Assembly (NCBI GenBank): GCA_963842945.1
Contig: CAWJIM010000023.1
Location: 32,001 to 96,000 of the forward strand
Source: an uncultured Gemmatimonadales bacterium
GTDB lineage: Bacteria > Gemmatimonadota > Gemmatimonadetes > Gemmatimonadales > GWC2-71-9
Direction: 5' to 3'
DNA length: 64,000 nucleotides
The notes beneath the pieces were generated by a model that did no database searches, was not told where the DNA came from, and was given only the letters and a program-made list of their open reading frames with translations. Made by a program: the position numbers and the translations under genes. Each line of letters begins with the position of its first letter. Position 1 is the first letter of the stretch. Positions 48,919 through 57,241 of the stretch are shown piece after piece.

Positions 48919-50454
48919 TCAGTCCTCAGCTACCGAGGCCGGCACGGGGCGGGGCGCGGGTCCGTCAAGGGGGATGCTAAACCGAAATACCGCCCCTTTC
49001 GCTCCATTCCGCTCCAGCCAGATTCGCCCGCCGTGCGCCGTGATGATGCCTCGGCAGATCGTCAGTCCGAGCCCGGATCCACCAGCGGGCGCGCTCCGGT
49101 CAGCGCGGGAGCTGCGATGAAACTTGCGAAAGATGGTCTCTTCCTCCCCCTCCAGGACGCCGTCGCCTTCGTCCGCTACCTCAACCACCACAGTGCCATT
49201 CTCCGGCCAGGCGGAGATGTTGATCGGTGTGTCCGCCGGAGTGTGGCGGATGGCATTCTCGAGCAGGTTGATGAAAACCTGCTCGATCAACAGCTCGTCG
49301 ACCGGGACCAGCGGCAGCGAGTCAGGCAGTCTGGTCTTCACCGGATGTCCGGCCAGGCGTTCGTCCAGGCGTAACAGCGCCACCCCCAGCGCTTCTTCCA
49401 GTGGTTGCCATTCCTTTCTCACCATCAGGGCGCCGGTTTCCACCCGCACCATGTCCAGCAGATTGGCGATCAATCGCGTCATGCGCCTGGATTCTTCCAG
49501 GATCGTCTCCGCCATATCCTGGCGAGCCTCCGGTGACAGCAACCCTGAGCCCTGGAGCAAGCTGCTGGCCGCCCCTTCAATGCTGCCCAGGGGCGTGCGG
49601 AGATCGTGCGAGAGCGAGCTCAGGAGCGCGGTCCGGAGCCGCTCGGATTCCACCTCTACCCGCGCCTGTTCGCGCCCTTCGGCGAGCTGCGCGCGTTCGA
49701 ACGAGGTCGCCGCCTGTTCTGCCAGCGTCTCGATCATCCGGCGCCGCTGCGGCGAAAGCAGGTCCTCGGGGCTTCGAGGGGAAAAGATCACGATGCCCAT
49801 AGTCCTGGTGGAGCTCTTGAGCGGCACCACCAGTGCTTCCGCATCCGCTCCGTGTGCGGTTCCCCAGCCCGCGCTTTCTCCCCGCTCGAACGCCATCCGG
49901 GCCGCCACTCGCACCGCCACGCTGTCGACGGCCTCGAGCTCAGGCCCGCCGGTTTCGGCAGGTCCAGTGGTGTCGCTCAGCAGCATGAGCGCTTCGCCCT
50001 GGCCGGCATAGGAAATGTGCCGCGCCGCAATCGCAATCTGCTCGTCCAGGCCGGACGCGACCGCCAGTTCCCGGCTCAGGGTATACTGGGCCGCCGCCAA
50101 CTGCTCGCCTTCGCTCGCCTCCTCCGCTTGTTCCCGGATCCGCCCGGTAAGCTGGCTCATGCCCATGGCGACCACGAGCATGACCGCAAAGGTGAGGAAG
50201 AACGCGGTGTTGTGAACATTGAAGGTGTAGAACGGTGGCACGAATCCGTAGTCGAATGCTGCGATGCTCAAGACCGATGCCACCAGAGCCGGACCCCGCC
50301 GGTGCCGGTAGGCGACCACCACCACCGCCAGCAGGTACAGCATGGCCACGTCTATGGTCTGCAGGTACGGACGCAAGGCGAGGGCGATGCCAGTGGCAAC
50401 GCCGATGATGCCGATCGCCCAGCCGTATTCTCCCAGAGGAACCCGCGTCATCAT
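48919..50454 (-). CDS. kdpD: KdpD-like sensor kinase lacking the N-terminal KdpD and USP domains (DUF4118-GAF-HisKA-HATPase)
   Basis: Starts at the 4-TM block (VAMLYLLAVVVVA...FDYGFVPPFYTF); ESERLRTALLSSLSHDLRTPL; GSGLGLTICRGI; only 511 aa. Confidence 0.88.
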   Translation of the reverse strand: MMTRVPLGEYGWAIGIIGVATGIALALRPYLQTIDVAMLYLLAVVVVAYRHRRGPALVASVLSIAAFDYGFVPPFYTFNVHNTAFFLTFAVMLVVAMGMSQLTGRIREQAEEASEGEQLAAAQYTLSRELAVASGLDEQIAIAARHISYAGQGEALMLLSDTTGPAETGGPELEAVDSVAVRVAARMAFERGESAGWGTAHGADAEALVVPLKSSTRTMGIVIFSPRSPEDLLSPQRRRMIETLAEQAATSFERAQLAEGREQARVEVESERLRTALLSSLSHDLRTPLGSIEGAASSLLQGSGLLSPEARQDMAETILEESRRMTRLIANLLDMVRVETGALMVRKEWQPLEEALGVALLRLDERLAGHPVKTRLPDSLPLVPVDELLIEQVFINLLENAIRHTPADTPINISAWPENGTVVVEVADEGDGVLEGEEETIFRKFHRSSRADRSAPAGGSGLGLTICRGIITAHGGRIWLERNGAKGAVFRFSIPLDGPAPRPVPASVAED

Positions 50455-50491
50455 ACCCTCCTTCGCATCACCTGAAAGCTAGGGCATAGTC

Positions 50492-50554
50492 GTATCAAGA
50501 TTGTATAAAGATTCTTGCTGCCCGCCTGACAGCACCGCCTGGACGGCGTATCCT
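50492..50554 (+). promoter_or_regulatory. Putative KdpE box (11-bp tandem repeat) and sigma70-type promoter of the K+ transporter
   Basis: GTATCAAGATT GTATAAAGATT at 50492-50513, then CTGACA-17 nt-TATCCT at 50526-50554. Confidence 0.62.
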
Positions 50555-50580
50555 CGTCAGTCCATGACGAGGGGAAACTT

Positions 50581-52569
50581 GTGACCGACGCTCCGCTGCA
50601 ACCCGTTAGCTCGGCCCGCCGACTTCGGCAGTTGCTGGTTGGAAAGCCTCGGGACCTTCGTGACCGGCGGCTCTTTCACCGGCTCTCCCTGATCCCCTTC
50701 CTTGCCTGGGTAGGGCTCGGCGCGGACGGCCTCTCTTCCTCCGCCTACGGGCCTGAGGAGGCGTTCAGAGCGCTGGGTAGTCATACCTATTTGGCGGTCG
50801 CTCTCGCGGCACTGACCGGCATCACGGTGCTGCTGATCTCTGCCGCATACCGCCGGATAATCGAGGAGTTCCCGACCGGCGGCGGCGGTTATGTGGTGGC
50901 CAGTAGTTTGCTCGGTCCCAATGTGGGAGTCGTTTCCGGCGCGGCCCTGCTGGTTGACTATGTGCTCACGATCGCGATCTCGATAGCGGCCGCCGGCGAT
51001 GCCCTGTTCAGCTTCCTTCCCCCTCAGTGGCAGGCGTACAAGCTCGGGTTGGAGTTCGGATTCATCCTGCTGCTCATGACCCTGAACGTACGTGGCGTCC
51101 GGGAATCGGTTCTGACTCTGCTTCCAGCCTTTCTCCTCTTTCTCCTGACTCACGCCATTGTCATCGGAGGGGGCGTTCTGGGCCACCTTCCGGAGCTTCC
51201 GGCCACCGGCGAGGCGGTGCGCAGCGGCTTCGAGCAGGGTGCCGCGTCACTGGGGCTTGGCGGAATGCTGTTGCTGTTCATGAGGGCGTACTCACTCGGA
51301 GGCGGTACGTACACCGGCATCGAGGCGGTCTCGAATGGGTTGCCAATCATGCGGGAGCCCAAGGTCGAGACGGGAAAGCGCACCATGGTCTACATGGGAA
51401 CATCGCTCGCGTTCACCGCCGCGGGCCTCCTTCTCTGCTATCTGATGTGGGGAGTGACGCCGGTACCAGGGAAAACCATGAATGCGGTGCTCACCGAGAC
51501 TCTTGCCGCCGGGATGCCGCTTGGCGGCACCTTCGTTGTGCTGACGCTCGTGTCTGAGGCAATGCTGCTGGTGGTCGCAGCCCAGGCCGGGTTCATCGAC
51601 GGACCCCGGGTTCTGGCCAACATGGCGGTCGATTCCTGGGTACCTCATCGATTCGCCGCGCTGTCCGAGCGGCTCACCACCCAGAACGGAATCCTCCTGA
51701 TGGGCATTGCCGCGCTGGCGGCCCTGATCTACACCATAGGAAACGTGAGCCAGCTGGTCGTGATGTACAGCATCAACGTGTTCCTCACCTTTTCGTTGTC
51801 GATGCTGGCAATGTTTCGGTTCTGGATCCGGCACCGCAAGGCCCGGCCGGAATGGCGTACGCGACTTGCGCTCTTCGCACTCGGACTCACCCTCTGTACC
51901 ACAATCCTGCTTGTCACCCTGTACGAGAAGTTCGCGGGCGGAGGCTGGATCACCGTGGTCATCACCGCGCTGGTTATCACCCTGTGCTTCGTGATTCGCC
52001 GGCATTATCGGGCGGTCAATGCCCAGCTGGACCGGCTGTATCAGGAGCTGGGGGACCTTCCCCTCCCCAGCATCCCGGCCCAGGCCGTAGCGCCCGATCC
52101 CCGGCAGCCGATCGCGGCGATCTTGGTCGGATCGTACGGCGGGGTGGGGATACACACCGTGCTCAATGTGTTTCGAACCTTTCCCGGACATTTCAAGGGC
52201 GTGGTCTTCATTTGTGTGGGCGTGATCGACTCGGGCGAGTTCAAGGGAGAGCATGCCGTGGAGGAGCTCACCAGACGAACAGAGGATGTGTTAGCCAGGT
52301 ACGTAGAGCTGGCGGTGGGCCTAGGTGTTCCGGCTACCTCCCGCCTCGCGATCGGCACCGAAGCAGTCTCCGAGGCCGAGCGGGTCTGCCTGACCATTGC
52401 CCGGGACTTTCCCCACGTGGTGTTCTTCGCGGGCAAGATGATCTTCAAGCGCGAGAAGTGGTACCATCGGCTGCTGCACAACGAGACGGCGCTCGCTGTA
52501 GAGAAGCGGCTGAGGTGGGCGGGCCGCACCATGGTAACGATGCCGATTCGGGTGGCCGACGCCCGGTAG
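50581..52569 (+). CDS. APC-superfamily KimA/YdaO-like potassium transporter
   Basis: GADGLSSSAYGPEE, FPTGGGGYVVAS, LLVDYVLTIAIS, TGIEAVSNG, about 12 TM, cytoplasmic C-terminal domain with WYHRLLHNET. Confidence 0.85.
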   Translation: MTDAPLQPVSSARRLRQLLVGKPRDLRDRRLFHRLSLIPFLAWVGLGADGLSSSAYGPEEAFRALGSHTYLAVALAALTGITVLLISAAYRRIIEEFPTGGGGYVVASSLLGPNVGVVSGAALLVDYVLTIAISIAAAGDALFSFLPPQWQAYKLGLEFGFILLLMTLNVRGVRESVLTLLPAFLLFLLTHAIVIGGGVLGHLPELPATGEAVRSGFEQGAASLGLGGMLLLFMRAYSLGGGTYTGIEAVSNGLPIMREPKVETGKRTMVYMGTSLAFTAAGLLLCYLMWGVTPVPGKTMNAVLTETLAAGMPLGGTFVVLTLVSEAMLLVVAAQAGFIDGPRVLANMAVDSWVPHRFAALSERLTTQNGILLMGIAALAALIYTIGNVSQLVVMYSINVFLTFSLSMLAMFRFWIRHRKARPEWRTRLALFALGLTLCTTILLVTLYEKFAGGGWITVVITALVITLCFVIRRHYRAVNAQLDRLYQELGDLPLPSIPAQAVAPDPRQPIAAILVGSYGGVGIHTVLNVFRTFPGHFKGVVFICVGVIDSGEFKGEHAVEELTRRTEDVLARYVELAVGLGVPATSRLAIGTEAVSEAERVCLTIARDFPHVVFFAGKMIFKREKWYHRLLHNETALAVEKRLRWAGRTMVTMPIRVADAR

Positions 52570-52592
52570 CGGACGGCCTTACCGTTCCTCGG

Positions 52593-53336
52593 CTAGGTCT
52601 TCAACAACTCCCGGAGGGCCCGTCCGGCATAGCGGCTGGACACAAGTCGGGTGCCGTTCTTGAGGTGTACCACGTAGCTCCCTTTGCCATATGGTTCTAA
52701 CGCACTGATGGACCGCGCGTTGACCAGCGCGGTCCGTCGGGCCCGGACGAATCGGCCTTGGAGCCGCTCGGACAGCTCGGTCAGCGTCCGCCGCAGCAGG
52801 TGCTGCTTGCCCCCCTCGTGCAGTCGGACGTAGTTGCCGGCCGCCTCGATCCAGTCCACCGACTCTACCGGAACGAACGAGAGCCGGCCTCCCTCGCGAA
52901 CCACGAAACGCTCGAGCGGCTGACGCGCATCGGTGCCGACCAAAGCCGCGATTCGCTTGTCCGGCTGGTCCGTCTCCAGTGCCACGCGTTCGGCGGCACG
53001 CTCCCACGCCTCTCGAAACCGGTCAGGGTCAATCGGCTTGAGCAGATAGTCCACCGCATGGGCTTCGAACGCGCGAACTGCGTAGCGATCGTACGCGGTG
53101 ACGAAGACGATCGCCGGAACCGCGTCGGTCCCCACTCGTTCCAGCACGTCGAGTCCGCTGACCCCCCCAAGCTGAACATCGAGAAAGAGGACATCCGGTG
53201 CATGCTTGACGATTGCCTCGATGGCGGAGGGGCCGTCACCGCACTCCGCGACGATCTCCGCGTCCGGCAGCGCCGCCAGCTGTTGGCGCAAGGCAAGGCG
53301 GCCGGGCGGCTCGTCGTCGACCAGGATCACCCTCAT
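52593..53336 (-). CDS. LytTR-family response regulator
   Basis: LVDDEPP, FLDVQL, FVTAYDRYAVRAFEAHAVDYLLKP, DWIEAAGNYVRLH. Confidence 0.93.
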   Translation of the reverse strand: MRVILVDDEPPGRLALRQQLAALPDAEIVAECGDGPSAIEAIVKHAPDVLFLDVQLGGVSGLDVLERVGTDAVPAIVFVTAYDRYAVRAFEAHAVDYLLKPIDPDRFREAWERAAERVALETDQPDKRIAALVGTDARQPLERFVVREGGRLSFVPVESVDWIEAAGNYVRLHEGGKQHLLRRTLTELSERLQGRFVRARRTALVNARSISALEPYGKGSYVVHLKNGTRLVSSRYAGRALRELLKT

Positions 53337-54422
53337 TCCGGCTGCTCCGTCCGGAACGGCAGATCTATCGTTACCAGAGTGCCCCCGCTCTCCAATGCCC
53401 TGAGCTCGAATTGGTGTCCGCTCCCATAGAGCGCAACCAGCCGGGCTCTGGTATTGGCGAGTCCGACGCCTGCTCTGGCACCGTTGGGACCGGGGCCGTT
53501 GTCGGCAATCTCGACCCGAAGCCGCTCTCCAGCCCGCTCGGCCCGGAGGCGCACCCGTGCGGCATCGGCCGTCCGCTTCACCCCATGCTCCACGGCGTTC
53601 TCCACCAGAGGCTGCAGCAGCAAGGTGGGGATCAGGGCCTCCGCCGCGGCATCGGATACCTCGATATCGATGGCCAGCCGTTCGCCGAAGCGGATCCGCT
53701 GAATCTCGAGATACGGGGCCAGCAGCTCCATCTCTTGGGCCAGCGGCAGCTCGGCGACACTCCCGCCGTTGAGCGTCCGCCGCAGCAGCTCGCCCAGGCG
53801 CACGATCATGCGCTGAGCTCGCTCAGGCTCTCCTGTCACGTATGCCGAGATGGCGTTCAGCGTATTGAAAAGAAAGTGCGGGTGCAACTGGAGTCTGAGG
53901 GCATCCAGCCGGGCCTCGGTCAGCCTGGCTTCAAGCTCCGCCGCGGCGACCTGCTGTTCCCGGTACATCCGCTGGTAGACGAATGCCGCCTGGATCCCGA
54001 GGATGAGCCAGTAGTACAGAAACCCCGTTAGGGTGCCCCAGACTATCCCGCCGCTGAGGCCGATGAGAAACGTACCGATCGTGCCGGGCGGCTGTTGGCC
54101 GATCAGCAGTAAACCCAGGTAGTGCAGCGTATACGTGGTAACGATCTGGACTGGGAGCCAGAACGGCCATCACCAGCAGATGGGGGGCAAGGGTCCGCCC
54201 TGCTCGACCGGCGCCGAGTGGCCAGCGACGCCCCGCGGCCAGAACGAGACTGGAGAAGGCCGCCCAGGTGAGGGCGTACACGAATTCATGGTAGACGTCC
54301 CACTGCCAATCGAACGGACGGTGGCGCGCCGCACCGACCAGCACGTTCTCCGCGCTGAAGAAGACCGCGACCCCGCACCAGACTGCAGCGAGACGTACTG
54401 CTGGAGAGCTCGGTAACCGCAT
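53333..54422 (-). CDS. LytS/YehU-type membrane sensor histidine kinase (one frameshift near 54150)
   Basis: N-terminal TMs; ARLDALRLQLHPHFLFNTLNAI, LLQPLVENAVEHG, GVGLANTRARL. Confidence 0.92.
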
Positions 54423-54477
54423 AAGACCATCTTCGCGCGCCGGTGGGCCAACCGCAACGGCGCGCGGAGTCTCATCC

Positions 54478-54509
54478 CACTCATCACGTGCTGGTCCGCG
54501 TTCGTCACG
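54478..54509 (+). promoter_or_regulatory. Putative LytTR binding site
   Basis: Imperfect direct repeats CACTCATCACG / CGTTCGTCACG with a 21-bp period in the divergent spacer. Confidence 0.55.
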
Positions 54510-54590
54510 GATTAAATCCGGCCTGGCCCAGGAACGTTGGCCTCTGCAATCCGGCACACCAGCTTGGAGCTCCCCCGATCCGAGGACTCC

Positions 54591-55055
54591 ATGAAGGGCT
54601 TACTCAGCATCAGCGTGCTTGGCGCCATCCTCCTATTCGGACGCACGCCATCAGCTAGCGCGCAAACCGCCGCCGATTCCGCCGCAATCCGAGCCACCGC
54701 CCTCGACTACATCCAGGGCTGGTACACCAACAACCCGGCGCGGATGGAGCGTGCGCTGCATCCTCATCTGGCCAAGCGGCTCGTGTGGGCCGATTCGACC
54801 GGCAGAAGCCATCTGGTAGACCTCACCGCGCTGGAACTGATTCAGGGCACCAAGTCCCATCCGCCCACCCCGGCTTCAGAGCGGCGCGACGAGGTGAGCA
54901 TCCTCAGCACCTACGGCAATGTTGCTATTGTGCGGATCGAAGCCACCGACTGGGTCGATTTTCTGCAGGAAGTGAAGTGGAATGGGAGCTGGAAGATTCT
55001 CAATGTGGTCTGGGAGAACCGGCCGGAGATGGCGGGTAAGATGGTGAAGCGGTAG
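54591..55055 (+). CDS. Secreted NTF2-like (Lumazine_bd_2-type) protein
   Basis: GAGGA RBS; signal peptide; AIRATALDYIQGWY...MERALHP...WVDFLQEVKWNGSWKILNVVW. Confidence 0.82.
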   Translation: MKGLLSISVLGAILLFGRTPSASAQTAADSAAIRATALDYIQGWYTNNPARMERALHPHLAKRLVWADSTGRSHLVDLTALELIQGTKSHPPTPASERRDEVSILSTYGNVAIVRIEATDWVDFLQEVKWNGSWKILNVVWENRPEMAGKMVKR

Positions 55056-55070
55056 GTCGGCCGAAGCGAG

Positions 55071-55123
55071 GGAACGACGGAAAGTACTTTCATTCCGTCG
55101 TTCAGTCGTTCCGTCGTTCCGTC
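55071..55123. repeat. Octamer-repeat palindrome between convergent genes (possible bidirectional terminator)
   Basis: GGAACGACGGAA ... TTCCGTCG TTCAGTCG TTCCGTCG TTCCGTC. Confidence 0.65.
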
Positions 55124-55619
55124 AGGCTGTCTGGTCCACCAGCTCCAGCGCTCGCCGAACTGCGGCCAGATGGTGATAGCTGTGCCTGACGGGATGATCT
55201 TCCAGAAAGAACTGACAGGTCAGGGGTGCGTCCGAGTTGAGTGACACCGGGGCGGCACGGTCGAGCTCCTCGTCGCTCAGAGCACGAATACCGGCGGCGG
55301 CGGCAGCGCTGTTTTTGCGGAGCAGTTCGATCGCCTGCTGCTTGGTGGTTCCATCGAAATCCCTGGCATGCTGGGCGTTGATCTCGTGCACGGCATCCCA
55401 GGTCACCCCGGCAATCGGCTTCCCCTCGGCCAGGGTCTGTGCCAGCGTCATTTCGAGTGGATACATGCTCGCGACGTGATGGACCACGACGCCGACCTTT
55501 CGCCCATCCTTGGGCAGCGGGGTCTGCCACTCGGCATCGGTCAGTTCGTTGGCCAGGGCTTCGAGGGCACGGGCACCCTGCTCCAGGCGTTCAGCGAGAA
55601 GATTGGAACGTCGGCTCAT
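55122..55619 (-). CDS. DinB/MDMPI-superfamily protein
   Basis: GGAGG RBS; LTDAEWQTP...VGVVVHHVA...LSDEELD...HPVRHSYHHL. Confidence 0.82.
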   Translation of the reverse strand: MSRRSNLLAERLEQGARALEALANELTDAEWQTPLPKDGRKVGVVVHHVASMYPLEMTLAQTLAEGKPIAGVTWDAVHEINAQHARDFDGTTKQQAIELLRKNSAAAAAGIRALSDEELDRAAPVSLNSDAPLTCQFFLEDHPVRHSYHHLAAVRRALELVDQTA

Positions 55620-55692
55620 CGGTGTTCCTCCGTTCGGTGATGGGTCTCATGGATATCAGCCACCATTCTGGCCGAACCGGCCCGCTTTTCAA

Positions 55693-57156
55693 ATGACCAA
55701 CCGTCCCGACTTCCTGCTCCAGCGTACATGGCTCCTGGTCCTGCTGTGCTTGTCCTGTGAGCGCCCACCGGCTGTACCTACCCGATCGGAGCCCCGGCAA
55801 TCCGCGGGATTGACGACCCAGATCGATTCCGCTCAGCTCGCGCGACTGGTGGACTCGGCAGTGCAGGCAGGTATGGCTCGTGAGAGTATACCCGGTGCGG
55901 CAATTGTCCTGGTCAGGAAGGACCGGGTGATTCTCGCGAAAGGATATGGCAAGGCAGACGTACGCTCCGGACGGCCCTGGGATGCTGCCCGGACGGTGTT
56001 CCCCATCGCATCGGTCACCAAGGTTTTTACTGCGACGGCGGTGATGCAGCTGGCCGACCAGGGGCGCATTGACCTGAATGCCGACGTGAACCGATACCTG
56101 ACCACGCTGCGGGTGCCTCAGACCTACCCTGAGCCGGTTACGGCTGCACACCTGCTCTCTCACACCGCTGGGTTCGACGAGATCCCAGGGCGCCAAGTTC
56201 GATCTCGCCGCGAGCTCATGCCGAGCGGTCAATTTCTCCGGAAGCGGCTGGTACGCATCCACCCTCCGGGGAGAATCACCAGCTACTCCACCTATGGAAT
56301 GGCTCTGGCCGGTTTATTGGTGGAGAATGTTTCGGGAATGCCGTATGAGGACTACCTGCGGCAGTATATCTGGCAGCCGCTGGGAATGATCCGGACTTCT
56401 ATTACCCCTCCTGATGCGCCGGAAGCTCTGGCGACTGCATACGAGTGGCAGGGAGACAGCCTTACCGCCATTCCTTATGAGGTATATCAGACGCCGTCGG
56501 CATCTTCCATACTGAGTACTGCCGAGGATATGGGGCACTTCCTGATAGCCCATCTGCAGAATGGCAGGTACGGGGCGGGTCGAATTCTGAGTGACAGCAC
56601 GGCCAGACGGATGCATCAACGTCACGCAACCATGCACCCTTTGATCCCGGGCTGGACCCTGGGGTTCCAGGAGAACGAGGTCAACGGACGCCACCTCATC
56701 GAGCACGGCGGCGACATTGGCGGTTTCAGCTCGCTGCTCAGCTTATTGCCTGAGGACGAACTGGGTTTTTTTGTGGTTCACCACCTCGAGGGGAAAAATC
56801 TTCGGTTCGATCTGCGCCAGCTCATTCTCGACCGGATCTTCCCTGCTGTTTCACAGCCAAAGCCACCCGGTCCGCCATCCAACGATGCCGGCCGGCTGCG
56901 ACGGTTCGCCGGTCAGTATCGGGCCAGCATCTACTGTCACTCCTGCAGAGGCGGCGGACCCAACGTCCAGGAGTTCGAGGTGACCGCGAACCAGGATGGC
57001 ACCATCAGTGTCTGGGGCGAGCGCTGGACCGAGCTGGGTCCGCTGTACTTCGCGAGCCTGGACGGCCGCAAACATCTTGGTTTCGCCGAGGACCAGGCCG
57101 GGCGGATCATCGCGCTCACCGCTGGATCGTGGCGGGTGCTCGAGCGCATGGACTGA
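55693..57156 (+). CDS. Serine hydrolase, beta-lactamase/class C family (probable lipoprotein)
   Basis: FPIASVTK (SxxK), LLSHTAG, YSTYG, EHGGDIGGF. Confidence 0.9.
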   Translation: MTNRPDFLLQRTWLLVLLCLSCERPPAVPTRSEPRQSAGLTTQIDSAQLARLVDSAVQAGMARESIPGAAIVLVRKDRVILAKGYGKADVRSGRPWDAARTVFPIASVTKVFTATAVMQLADQGRIDLNADVNRYLTTLRVPQTYPEPVTAAHLLSHTAGFDEIPGRQVRSRRELMPSGQFLRKRLVRIHPPGRITSYSTYGMALAGLLVENVSGMPYEDYLRQYIWQPLGMIRTSITPPDAPEALATAYEWQGDSLTAIPYEVYQTPSASSILSTAEDMGHFLIAHLQNGRYGAGRILSDSTARRMHQRHATMHPLIPGWTLGFQENEVNGRHLIEHGGDIGGFSSLLSLLPEDELGFFVVHHLEGKNLRFDLRQLILDRIFPAVSQPKPPGPPSNDAGRLRRFAGQYRASIYCHSCRGGGPNVQEFEVTANQDGTISVWGERWTELGPLYFASLDGRKHLGFAEDQAGRIIALTAGSWRVLERMD

Positions 57157-57241
57157 GCCGGAGCCCGTTCCCCGCTGGCGCAGACGCACTGACTTCGTTT
57201 ATTTCCTGCTCCCCCAAACTCAAGTATTTGTGGAGCCCGGC

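Noticed and set aside
55669..55707. Imperfect direct repeats upstream of the DinB gene as an AraC operator
   Set aside because: Irregular spacing (about 24-25 bp) and overlap with the hydrolase start; too weak to call
55693..57156. Bona fide beta-lactam resistance gene (also the MBL-fold gene at 61605-62513)
   Set aside because: Family-level motifs only; these families are mostly peptidases, esterases or phospholipases
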